From Anthoceros angustus (lineage: Eukaryota; Plantae; Anthocerotophyta): a stretch of 64,000 nt of DNA. Under the pieces are notes generated by a model, which saw only the letters and a program-made list of their open reading frames with translations, did no database searches and was not told where the DNA came from. The number at the start of each line of letters is the position of its first letter. Within the stretch, counting starts at the first letter, position 1. A program made the translations under genes and the position numbers. Below are positions 13,211 through 24,335 of this stretch, piece after piece. Location of the stretch: positions 682,001-746,000 of the forward strand of contig VJWM01000016.1 in assembly GCA_010909165.1 (NCBI GenBank), given 5' to 3'.

Positions 13211-13842
13211 CTTCTGTGCTTGCACAGGCGCAAGCCTGCATGCAGCCGGGTTGGCATGGGCACTGTAAGCCATTAACTTTCTTCCGTCTTTGTATATCTA
13301 TGGTGGCATTCGGCACTGTTAGTGGATAGGTCGGCTATTTTCTCGGAAGGCAAAGCTTCCAATCCTTTAGGTTTTTGGTGTGCAGATGATGTGCTCACGT
13401 TTAGCTCGTTAAGAGGAATGCCCATGTGGCCCGCTATCCTTCATGCACTGTGTATCAGCAAGGAACTGGATTTCCTCCACTGGACACGACACCTATCGTT
13501 GTCTGTCTGTCGTGACTGTCATGGGACCTGCCTCCTGTGATCGTTTTCTACAGAGTGGACGCGTCGTGGGTCGCAATCGGAGCTCCAGCTTTCGATGGCC
13601 AGCGTTTCGGATTCCCACGTGAAGTATGCTTGTGATTTTGTACGCATTGTGACCGCCAGACAGCCGGTGGCGGGTCACTCCATACATATCTCTCGCGCAT
13701 GTCTTGGATCTCGGAGCTTGGACGTGGAGGCGTCAGTTTGTGTACGCGCGTTGTGAAGCTTGGGATGCAGTGTTAATTGTACCATGGCAGACACGCACCT
13801 GAGACGGTTATCTTGAATTGCGAGCTCAGGCTACGGGAAGCT

Positions 13843-16643
13843 ATGGAGTCCAATACTTTTTCTCTTCAAGCAGCATGCGATTCCGTTGACAAGGTAGTCA
13901 GCTGCTGGAAAAGAACCAAATGATCTGTTCTCTTCTTCCTCTATAGATGTGAGTTCCATCGGAGAACTTGTGGCACTGACATTGATCTTCCACCGTGGGA
14001 TGCATTTCGAAGAGCTCGGAGCTCAGAAATTGTTTGTTGTCTCATCCATTGTTGTGTTATCATCTCACGATCAGCTCCCATCTCACCTTCTGAGCTGATC
14101 GGTATTCAGGCTGCAGCAGCCCATGAGAACCGTGTGGAAGCACTGGAAGAGGAGCTGCAGGCATTGCAACAGGAATTGATGGTATACTCGCGGAACTGTG
14201 ATTCTCTCGTTGCCCTCTTGTAAAGTTTGGAGTCCTCTCAAGCTCTCTTCTTCAATTTCAGGAGCAAAGATTGAGAGTCGTGGAGCTTGCTGACGAGAAC
14301 GCAGGCCTGACTGAGGCTCTTTTCCAGCTAAAGAATCTGTACAGAGGAGCTGCTTCTGAACGGGAGCAACTTGCCAGAACCTTGGCAGCCGAGCAACGGT
14401 GCAGCCAAGCTGCACAGTCTTTGCTTACGGAGGCACAAGCCGAGGTGCAGCATAATTGCTAGCATTTTTTCAGTTGAGAAGTTGTTGCCAGGCCACCCGT
14501 ATGTTCATAGTTCATGGTCACTGCTAACAATCAAATGCCTGTGTGACCGACAAAGGGTGGCTCATAGGCTGAGGCAGCAACGAAGGAAGCAAGAGAGAGT
14601 CGGATAGCATTAGCACAGGCCAAGGCAGAAGCTTTGGAAGTGAGGGGAGCTGCAACGGGCAAAGCTCTTGGTGAAAACGAGAGGAAAGAGCTGGAAAGGG
14701 CTCTCAAAGCCTTGTCAGCATCTGCACTAACCGCTGCACATGAGTCGGCAAAGTGGCAGGAGATGGCACAGCAACACGAAGAGACCATCAGCAATCAAGA
14801 GAAAGTTATAGGAGCTGCCAAGGAACAGCTTGTTCTTGCTTGTCAGCGTGCTACCGTAGCAGAAGCTCAGTCCTTGGAAGCGTTCAGTCAGTTAGCAAAG
14901 GTACGCCTCGCTTTGCAGCTTGACTTAAGTTTAAGCTTGACAAAGAAACGGTGAATCACACACTCTTCAATCCCAGGCAGAGTCTGCTTTGCAAGAGTTG
15001 TCCCAAGTGTCAGAGCGACGTGCCCGGAACTTCAATTCAGCAGTGCATGCTGCTGTCAGCAAGATTCAGAGTGTAATTCTTCGGTCCTTGACCCGCTGTT
15101 GCAAATATGTACTATTCTGGGTTACCAGCAAGGCCGGTTCAGTGGCTGGTTAGTGTTCTACCGTGTCCGGTGTTGCTTTTGCAGGCACTAGAAGCTGAGC
15201 TTGATGGATCACTCCAACAGATTACGGATCTTGAACTAGCTCATGCCGCTACAACCAAGGCTTTGACTGATGCAAACGTACCTGCCTTTGTAGTCATACC
15301 AGAGCGGCTCCACATCATGAGAAAGTAGTTTGTGGTTGGATGCAGTTGAAGTAGCCACTGCATCGACATCTTGGCAGTAAATCAAATCCTTAGAAGCTGA
15401 CTTTCAGTCCATGCAGGATGTCCTGGAAGTGAATCTCTCAGCAGCAAATACAAGGAATGCAGTATTAGAAGACAAGCTGAGAGAATGCCATATCCAAATA
15501 TCCCAGCTTCGAGAAAAGGAGGAGTCATGGAAGAACAGCTGTGAAAGTCTGTCCCGGGAGGCAGAGGCTGCATGTGAGGTGCAAACCGATCTGGCTAGAA
15601 AGGTCAGCTACCAAACAATCTAATTCCTAGGCTGCGGGGAGCTTCTGCTCCAGACACTACTAGCCTTACATGGGTGTCTGCACCTGAAACCAGATCCTTC
15701 GTCTAGAGGACTACTGTGAGGAGATACTGACTTCATCACGTTCAGCATCTCGCAATGCTGCAATCCGGGAGGTGGCTCTGGAAGAAGACTTGGCCCGTTT
15801 AAAGACTGCTGTTTCGTCGTCCGAGAGTGCAAAGAAGCTGACGATGGCGGAGTTAGCTGACACCAAAGCAACGGTGGTAACAGGCTGATTGGTTTGCTAA
15901 GAACATGGTCGTCTTCTGAAATGGTATGCCAATCTGCTCATATGTGCTTGTTGGTTGCGTCTAGGATGCTCTCTCAGAAGAACTGGCGAAAGCAAAAGCA
16001 GAACTCGGCATTGCGCAGACAAGAACCCTAGAAGCAGAAGCAAAGCTGCGACTGAGGGAACTACAACAAGCTCAGCAGCCGAAAGAGGTAACCCTGTCCT
16101 CGGCAAAGGTTTCAAGCGGAACTGCAAGGCAGCATCGGCATGGAAACGGACTCGATGACCTCGGGCTTGAAGAAGTTCGGGAGGAGCGCTTAAAGTGGAA
16201 GGACAGCTTAAAAAAGCAGGTTGTGAAGATCTCCTCTCAAATCACGCTAAAAGAAAAGATCTCCTCCTCTGATGCTCTCCCTCCATTTCATTTGCTTTTT
16301 GCAATAGGTTCTGGGAGAGACCAGCTTCCTTCCCGTCACAAGCAGGCTGGCCTGGTTGCGGAGCAACTTGAGAGAGGACGAAATGCTACTTCGTGGGCGT
16401 CTCTCACCACGATCACTTCTCATCCTAGCCTATATCTTCATCCTTCACATCTTTGTAAGCTCCCACGACTGCTATGGCCTGCTGCTGCATTTTCCAAGGG
16501 CTTGACAACAAGACGGGCAGGAACTCCATGGGGACTTGACCAACGCTTGTTGAGTGCAGGTGATGGTGTCGTTTACACGAAGGACATGTGCTCCTTCTGC
16601 ACGAGTGGGAGCTGAACAGTTTATCAAGCTTCTTCCTGGCTGA
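13843..16643 (+). CDS. Multi-exon long coiled-coil protein with C-terminal transmembrane anchor (golgin-84/CASP-like); internal exon bounds approximate
   Basis: Heptad-rich exons flanked by GT/AG (e.g. 14110-14181, ~14261-14444, ~14555-14900, ~15185-15277). Spliced C-terminus RSLLILAYIFILHIF|VMVSFTRR...KLLPG*. Confidence 0.7.
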
Positions 16644-17391
16644 TCTGTGTGCTAAAACAGACGCTAAACGGACCTTGGCAGCTTCCTGGCATCACAAGTC
16701 GTGTCAACAATCATCAGGCTTCTCCATGTACAGAACATGTATGTCAGACAAGTTAGATATGTAAGTGGACTCGTGGAGGCCGAAGGCTTGTGGTCCTCCG
16801 GAAAGGCGGGCTTCCGACAGCCCGCCAAACCGATTTTTCAACTTTTTAGGCCTGATCACTTTGTTACCGCAGCGGCTGGCAAGACAAGCCTCTTTATCAC
16901 GGAGTCAAACTTTGTATGTACTTGCCCGTCAGGCCGACCGGCCCATGGTCTCGTTGGCATTCGTTCATCAATTGGGGGGCGATTGGCCTGACCTGCCACC
17001 CGACGTACCACACGACCATGGCAACCAGGGTGTCATTTTGACCCCGTCCCAAGCTCGATCCCGGTCCCGGCATGTGTTAAAAAAAACATGGGACTGGAGG
17101 TTCTTCAGGAGTCCCGTCCCCACCCTCGGTCCCCTATTACCCTTAGGGACTGAGGGTTCATAAAAGGTCCGGTTTAAAATTAATAAATCATTTAATTTTA
17201 TATCTAAGGATTTATATTTATTATGGACATATGGACATCTTATCATGGACGCAGTTTGCAGTCTGCCGGCTGGGCTGCAGTCTGCGGACTCCGCAGTCTG
17301 CAGTCTTTTATATTATTATTTATAAATTATTTATTTAATATTATTATATTTAGTGACCAAGGATCGCAAAAAGGCACGGTCCCTGCTCAGT

Positions 17392-17468
17392 CCGGGACCG
17401 AGCATAGCCAGGCTAGGCGGTCCTGGGGTCCGGGACCGAGCATAGCCAGGCTAGGCGGTCCTGGGGAC
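17392..17468. repeat. ~38-bp direct repeat x2 (ccgggaccgagcatagccaggctaggcggtcctgggg)
   Basis: Directly visible. Confidence 0.85.
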
Positions 17469-17481
17469 TGAGCTAGTAGCT

Positions 17482-17750
17482 AGCACAAAGTACAATAAAG
17501 ATGATATATAAGAATTTTTTAGTAAGCTATCTTTGAGCACGAAGTACAATCAAGATGATGTATAAGAATTTGTTAATAAGCTATGTTTGAGTACGAAGTA
17601 CAATCAAGATGATGTATAAGAATTTGTTAATAAACTGTGTTCAATACAAAGTACAATCAAGATGATGTATAAGAATTTGTTAATAAACTGTGTTCAATAC
17701 AAAGTACAATCAAGATGATGTATAAGAATTTGTTAATAAGCTATGTTTTT
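17482..17750. repeat. AT-rich tandem minisatellite, ~53-54-bp unit x5
   Basis: aagtacaatcaagatgatgtataagaatttgttaataa repeated head-to-tail without unique spacers. Confidence 0.9.
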
Positions 17751-18835
17751 GCCAAAAGTAAAACGAGGAATAAGGAAAAACTGAAAGGGTTCTTGTCCTT
17801 TTAAAGACATTTAACCTTGATAGCTTATAAGTGCTAGAAAAAACTTATAATCGTGTTGCAACTCAAGTACTTTTCTGCTACGAAGTGAAATCAATATACA
17901 GTTGTATGGAAAGCAACCCAATGGAATGTTTTACAAATATACAGTAGTTGAAATAAACTAATTATCGGAACCATCAATTCAAAAATTGTATAAGCATCTA
18001 TTTATAAGTGAATAAAATTATTTATTAAGTCATGAATGATAATGAATTTTTTTAGTAAAACTATACTTTATAAAAAAAATAATTTAAAAACTAAATTAGT
18101 AATACACTTGGATCGCATGTGTTAGGGTCTCAACCCAATTTTGAAGTGTAAACCTCTATTGTGTGAGACTAGCATGATATAAGTAAAGGCAATGTAGGAT
18201 GGAAGGAAACTAGTAGGATGGAAGGAAACTAGAAGATGAAATGACTAAATCAAGGTAAAAATGTGACCTACACCGTCCGGATGGCACAATAGTCATTAAT
18301 TTTGACTTGTGTATACTATTACATCCCTCTAGTTATTATCCCATTATCCCATTGGCTGTGCGTGATGGGCTACTTTGGTAGCCCCCAGCGTTGTGGAGCT
18401 TGCCGTTGGCAATCCCCCGCGCGGGGTTTCATTGTACATATCTCGATTTGATCTTTATAAAGGCTTGATTTATCGCAAAAACGAAGTCGTTGTTCCATAC
18501 ACCTACTCAAGGATAACCCTGGGAAAAGCAGACTCTAGTTACGCAGTCTCTGTTGGAATAAGCGAAATACAGAATAAAAGATAATAAGATAGGGGCCAGG
18601 CTGACAGGGAAGGTCGATGTCATTGGTGAGATCATTTGGAAATGTACAAAAACAGAACGCTCTTCTCCACCACAGAAGCCACGCAGAAGATCTTTTGCTG
18701 GAGGCAGCGCAGCTCATGCGATTCTGGCCCAATCCGGTTGAGTCGTAGCAACTTGCACGTCTGTGACCCGCCCGCTTCCTCCGCTGCCTCTCACGACTCA
18801 CGCAGCATGCACTGCCCGACATTGGACAGGCCGCC

Positions 18836-18925
18836 AAACGCCCAATGCCGGATGCCGAATGCCGGATGCGGAATGCCGAATGCCCAATGCCCAATCCCCC
18901 GAATGCCCAATTGTCCAATGCCGAC
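18836..18925. repeat. Degenerate 7-bp tandem repeat (aatgccg/aatgccc)
   Basis: Directly visible. Confidence 0.75.
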
Positions 18926-20192
18926 GCCCGAGTCCGACCTCATCTTTCCACGAAATGGCACGACAATACCCATCGCTCCGGATAATCGAATCCTCGGGGC
19001 CTGACAGTGTCGCTGATGAAGAGCGTCCTGAGGAGGCGCTTGTACCTCACCTACCACCTTAATCACACTCGCGGCAGCCATAAGTTATAACCGCGCTGGC
19101 TCGCTAACAAGAAGTTGGAACATGTCGCATTAACAAGTTTATCCTGCGGGTAGACGGGTGGCGGGGCCGGCGTATGGCGGCCCCACAGGTGGCCCGCACG
19201 GGGTGGTGGGCCCGGGCGACCCAGCCCTGCGTGGTGGCCGGGCAACGGGGCCCCTAACACACAGACAGGGCCGTGGAAGCGGATTGCACCAGATTTTGGT
19301 GTGGGGCCTTGCGTTGTGGTCTTTTTTCACCGCCGTCGCCAGGGACAGCTTGCCGGTGTCCTGTAGCCTGAGCAGCAATCGATAATGTTGAAAATTTATG
19401 GGTCGACGTGAATTTGTCATGTCAGACCGCCAAGATCACGCAAGGTCTGGGTGATCGACGCAAGGGAAGCCGTGGCTGTGTGTGTCCGAATGGCGCGCAG
19501 AGGGAGTCCGGTCCGTGCTTGTAAAATGGTGTGAAGACATTCCGGAGTGCCCGTTTCACCGGACTCCGAGTTGGTTGAAAGGCAGCTGCACGCTGGCCTA
19601 GTGTTGGTTTGTGGCTCCCGTGGGTCCTCTCTCCTCTGCGTTTCTCGGCCTTGGCCTTGCTGGGGTCGGGATCGATTGCTGTTGCAACTTGGAACGGGTG
19701 CCGGCCTGCAGCACTCGAGTGCGGGCGCTGCATGATGCTCTGCTGCAGCTTCAGTCGCTGCCACGGCAATTTCTCTCCCCTGCCCACCATCTCTCTGGCC
19801 GCTCTGGGATGGTAACGTGCCAGACTCGGGCCTGCCATTTCTCGTGCTCCAGCCTCTCGTCGCTGCGCCTGCCCATCATTTGCCTGTCAGCTCCTCCCGC
19901 AGTTGCCTCGAGCTCGGCTCCCTTCCTCTCCGGGACCGCACTCTGCAGCTGCTGATATTTCAGCGGACGCGGGGGGCTTTTCAGTGATGAGACCCGCATG
20001 CAGGAGCAGCCAGCCCCGGGGAGCGAGCGGCGAGCGGTGTTGGGTTGTGCGATGCGGAAGAGGAGGATGGTGACGGAGGTGGGGAGTCCAATTCTGTCGC
20101 CGAGAGTTTCCGGGGGGATGTGGTTGCTGTCGTGACTTGAGCTAGGCTCTGGCTAGCCTGTGCGCGCGCGGATGCGTTTGGAGGTGTGGGGG

Positions 20193-21356
20193 ATGGAAGG
20201 TAAGGGGAGGACCGTGGCAGCGGACGACGAGGGGCGGTGCAAGGCAGCTGCGTGGGCTTGGTACCAGCACGGGAAGGGGACACCCATGAACGGGGGGATG
20301 GCGTGTCGGACGCTGAACAGCGCGGTGCGCAGAGCCAGCCGGTTCAAGGTGGAAGCCATGAAGGAGCAGGGACGGTTCGTGGAGGTCTGGACGGAGCAGG
20401 AGCAGGTGCAGGAGCAGCACCACCACAGTCACCAGCAACACCACCAGCACATGCATGACCAGGAGCAGCACCACCAGCACCACCAGCACATGCATGAGCA
20501 TGAGCATGAGCAGGAGCGGGAGGAGCATGGGCGTGAGATCGCAACTGGGCATGAACAGGAGCACGAGCAGCATCACGTGGAGCCGGGGTGGGACTGTGGG
20601 AGCTCCTTGTTCGACTCTTACGAGCTCTTCGCGCTCTCCAGGCAGCTGGACCATGCCTTCACCAAGGCTGCCGGCGCCGACCACGCAGTGCACGAGCCGC
20701 ACATTGTGAAGAAATCGCAGAAGCTGGGGAAGATACTCAAGATGAGGCCGCGGGGGCCTCGCCCGCTCTGCCGATCCGACGTGATGCTGCAGCACCCGCC
20801 TCACAGCCACGATCGCCACCTGGACGGGCATTTGCCGGGTTGCAACTGCCACAGCCATGGATCCGAGGAGGAGCATCACTACGGCTACCGGGACGAGGAG
20901 GAGCCCGGTGGCTATCAAGCGCAGCACGGCGACTGGGAGGAAGATTATCACGGCGCTCATGGTTACCACCACAAGGATCCCGACCATCGCCACGTGCACG
21001 AGCACGGGCATGGTCATGGGCACGGGAAGCACCACTGGTCCTTGAGGAAACTGTCCAGGGCGCTCCTCATGCTGGCGCACAAGCCCACCAGTGTGTCCCA
21101 CCACAACGACGAGGCCCAGGGTCATCATCATCATCATCAAGGTGGCGACTCCGAGGACTTCCATCACCAGCACCAGCACCAGCACCAGCACTACCACCAG
21201 CACGACTACCACCACCAGCACGACTACCGTCACCAGCACGACTACCGTCACCAGCACGAGATCCACCACTACCACCATGTCCACCACATCATCCAGACCA
21301 ATCCCAAGCTTGGCTACGATGTGTCGGAGCCTCCCAAGTTCCATTCGGACAGCTGA
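20193..21356 (+). CDS. Plant-specific uncharacterised protein (AAAWAWYQHG / WDCGSSLFDSYEL motifs) with large His-rich insertions; start could be 20172
   Basis: Single open frame with conserved plant motifs KAAAWAWYQHG..SRFKVEAM and WDCGSSLFDSYELFALSRQLD, plus multiple His/Gln/Asp tracts. Confidence 0.8.
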   Translation: MEGKGRTVAADDEGRCKAAAWAWYQHGKGTPMNGGMACRTLNSAVRRASRFKVEAMKEQGRFVEVWTEQEQVQEQHHHSHQQHHQHMHDQEQHHQHHQHMHEHEHEQEREEHGREIATGHEQEHEQHHVEPGWDCGSSLFDSYELFALSRQLDHAFTKAAGADHAVHEPHIVKKSQKLGKILKMRPRGPRPLCRSDVMLQHPPHSHDRHLDGHLPGCNCHSHGSEEEHHYGYRDEEEPGGYQAQHGDWEEDYHGAHGYHHKDPDHRHVHEHGHGHGHGKHHWSLRKLSRALLMLAHKPTSVSHHNDEAQGHHHHHQGGDSEDFHHQHQHQHQHYHQHDYHHQHDYRHQHDYRHQHEIHHYHHVHHIIQTNPKLGYDVSEPPKFHSDS

Positions 21357-21917
21357 TAAGGGACCAAAATGCTGCAGGGTGCAGGAAGCTTTTCTTTCTC
21401 TGTTTTCCCAGAATGTGCAGAAGCGCTGCAATTCCGGCACGCTCGTCTGCATCTTATGCAGGGCTTCTGCTTTGCGCACAAGCGTCCTGCCCTTTGTGCT
21501 GGCCTTCATGCGAGGCCCTGGCCCTACAGCACGGTTACAATCCTACTGCACAGCTACAATCCTACATTGTCAAGTGTTGCAGGGGAAATTGTTTTTGCGC
21601 TTAGTGGTTGTCGCCTGCTTGTAGGTACCTAGCCATAGAGAATGCTCTACGTGTACAATAGCCTTTGTAGTTGCAGTTGAACAATCTGGCAGCCCGGCCC
21701 ATTGTGGACGCAGTTACTCATGTTTATGGCTCACGCTTCCGACGTTTTTGTGCTTGCCCACAACGAGATTGTATAATTCTGTCCAGCTCTTGCTGCCCAA
21801 ATCTGTCCCGCCTCTTACTGTGATTTGCAGAGTACCTACGCATCAGAGACACCTCAGAATCTGGATTGAATTGTACAAGTGCAAGTATGGCACAATCCAA
21901 GTAGGGAGCCAAGAGGC

Positions 21918-24335
21918 TTACCTCTGCAAACTACCAGCAAATTCGCCGATGTCCTTCCTGAACCCTGCCACTCGACTTCCTACCGCCGATGCACTACCAG
22001 GGTTGTCTGAAACACGCTGCAGTACTTTCTGCACCTGCACAAAGTCCTCCATGTAGGTCCGAAAGCCTTCCCTTATTTCTTTCTTGAGACGCGCAATTAG
22101 CTCCTTGACAGGAATCGACTGCATCTGCATGTGGGACTGCATTTGTTTACCAAGCACCACCTGATTTGAGATCATGACCACAGCAAGGGGTGAGGAAAAT
22201 ACAGTCCTCCAGAAGGAACACAACCTACTCTCTACACCTGGGCACCGGGTACCAAGAAGATGTGTAAGCCGTACCTCCTTGCTGAAAAATACCCTCTGAA
22301 CTTCCGCATTTCCACTTTTGCGGAGGTTCTTCATGACCTCTCCACCCGCAAGGTCCCTTACTTGTTGCTGAAACGCCTGAGTAAATGTGTACCTAAACCG
22401 AGAGTCATTGATTTTCTCTGCAACCGCGTCCTGCGCATTCTTGCTTATTGTCTTGTGGGCTAGTGACATCGAGTCCTTTGAGTTTAACATGGACATCTTG
22501 GATCCCCTTGAGGACGTCATAAAGGCGTTGTCAACCCACGTTCCCACGAGCTCCTTAGCCAAATTCTGTGCTGCAACTAAGAATCTTCTGAACGCTGGTT
22601 GCCCCACCTCAGTGTCCCATTGCAAGCCACATCGACGTAGAGCAACGGTCAACAATTCTGAAATGTCCTTCTTACGTTTCTGAAGCTCTCCTTCCAACTT
22701 CGTCCACTCCTTGCTGAAGATAGCGGCTACCTTATCTGTGTCACCACTTTCAAAGGCAAACATTGTCTTCAGACAGATAACAGTAAGTCTTGCATCCACA
22801 GTTTTGGCAAACTGTTCGTCCCTCAGCCTCTTTGCCTCTCTGGAACTTCTTGCAGGAACTAAAAGGTTGAGAGCATCCTTGGGCACCTGCCAGAGACTGT
22901 CAACCATCCCAGCAATCGATGTAGCCCTGTTCAGAAGAGACCTGAGTTGAGATAGTATCCTCTCCTGGGGCAGCCACATGAAATAACCAACCAGGGTGGA
23001 GACCCCTGGATATGTACTAGCTGTCAAAGCTTTCTCACGCCTGTTGTCATCTTGTAGATGGTCGGAAGCCAGTTTCTTGGACATCGCGGTCAACTTGCTG
23101 ACAAAGCTGGTTAAGTCGTTTGGAAAGAGCTGCGGTTCTAGGTCTGTGACTGACCTGTGCTTCCGCTCGCCGAAGACTTCTTTAGCAAACTTCTGAAGCG
23201 GCTCATTCCAGCCCATCTCACCTGCCAGAGTAACCTTGTTCCACATCCCCATCTCTTCCCCCTTGAGCCCGCGAAGATCCCCAGAGTTTGATACAGCAAC
23301 AGCTGGGTAGTAAGACCTGTTGGGATCCAGCAGCCGTTCAAACACCGACTGGGAGAGAATTTCCAAAACATCCTGCTTGAGATTTCGCTCACCTGTAAGA
23401 ACGACAATGATATCTGCTTTCACTACGTGTCGATGCACCATCCGCTCGATAAAGCTGTTATTATCATCAGCTAAATGAACTCCTGGGAGGTCAACGATCC
23501 CCATGGGCTTGCCCTCCAGCTGCATGCGCTGCAGCAATTCCGAGGGACACCTCAACGTAATCAGTTTGTAGCCAAACCAAGCTTGCTGCACTAGACCTCT
23601 AAGATGCTCATGCATTTGCTTGTGCTGTTCAACTGTGGAGAGACTAGTAGGAGGTGCCCACCTTTTTTCCAGAGATTTCAGAACCTGCTCTGCAGCTGAT
23701 GACTGTACAACATATTTCCCACCCACCATCTGTCCATAATCACAGACAAACTTCATAAAAGACCCATCCTCTGGCGGCTGAAAATCGATGTCATCCCAAA
23801 ATTCATCATCCTTATGGCCAGCCACCTCCGCCATGATGCTTCCTAGCTCCTCCATTTCCCAGACGTCCATCTCCAGCTGATAATTAGAGCCATATTCCAA
23901 TCTCAGAGGAAATGGCAGACCGGACTGGTCTCCCCGCTGGGTGGGCAACAGGTCCGAATCCGGATACACAATTTCCCTATTCGCAGAACGGAACCCAAAC
24001 ACCCTGAACAAGGAATTCAACATGCTTGATTTCCCTACTTGGACACTGCCAATGACTGTGGCCGTGTGGGAAGCCTTGGCGTCGCCCTCCTCAACAGCGA
24101 AGGGCGAGATTTCGGGAATGCTGACCGCGTCCCTACAGCCCGTCCGTTCCCGACTCCCCTGCTCAATAATTTCGTTCAAAAGTTCCCCATAGTGGCTTGG
24201 AGCTTCTCGAAGACCCACTTCTTCCAGCTCCGACCAATTCTGGGAGGAGGTCACACAAACGGAAGGGGACAAGCTCTGCCTTGCCTGCTCTGATTGCAAT
24301 TTCGCCTGCTTTTCAAGAAAGCTCTCAGCACCCAT
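21918..24335 (-). CDS. Intronless dynamin-like (Dynamin_N / SLIP-GC-like) large GTPase, 805 aa
   Basis: G1 GSVQVGKSSMLNSL, G2-like LLPT, G3 IVDLPG, G4-like SNSGD, followed by a long predicted-helical C-terminal region. 2.4-kb uninterrupted ORF. Confidence 0.8.
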   Translation of the reverse strand: MGAESFLEKQAKLQSEQARQSLSPSVCVTSSQNWSELEEVGLREAPSHYGELLNEIIEQGSRERTGCRDAVSIPEISPFAVEEGDAKASHTATVIGSVQVGKSSMLNSLFRVFGFRSANREIVYPDSDLLPTQRGDQSGLPFPLRLEYGSNYQLEMDVWEMEELGSIMAEVAGHKDDEFWDDIDFQPPEDGSFMKFVCDYGQMVGGKYVVQSSAAEQVLKSLEKRWAPPTSLSTVEQHKQMHEHLRGLVQQAWFGYKLITLRCPSELLQRMQLEGKPMGIVDLPGVHLADDNNSFIERMVHRHVVKADIIVVLTGERNLKQDVLEILSQSVFERLLDPNRSYYPAVAVSNSGDLRGLKGEEMGMWNKVTLAGEMGWNEPLQKFAKEVFGERKHRSVTDLEPQLFPNDLTSFVSKLTAMSKKLASDHLQDDNRREKALTASTYPGVSTLVGYFMWLPQERILSQLRSLLNRATSIAGMVDSLWQVPKDALNLLVPARSSREAKRLRDEQFAKTVDARLTVICLKTMFAFESGDTDKVAAIFSKEWTKLEGELQKRKKDISELLTVALRRCGLQWDTEVGQPAFRRFLVAAQNLAKELVGTWVDNAFMTSSRGSKMSMLNSKDSMSLAHKTISKNAQDAVAEKINDSRFRYTFTQAFQQQVRDLAGGEVMKNLRKSGNAEVQRVFFSKEVRLTHLLGTRCPGVESRLCSFWRTVFSSPLAVVMISNQVVLGKQMQSHMQMQSIPVKELIARLKKEIREGFRTYMEDFVQVQKVLQRVSDNPGSASAVGSRVAGFRKDIGEFAGSLQR

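Noticed and set aside
17482-17750. CRISPR-like periodic array
   Set aside because: Units are head-to-tail with no unique spacers, there are no cas genes, and the context is eukaryotic; it is a minisatellite.
20142-21604. 455-aa minus-strand and 338-aa alternative-frame ORFs
   Set aside because: Shadows of the GC-rich His-repeat gene; only the 20160 frame carries conserved motifs.
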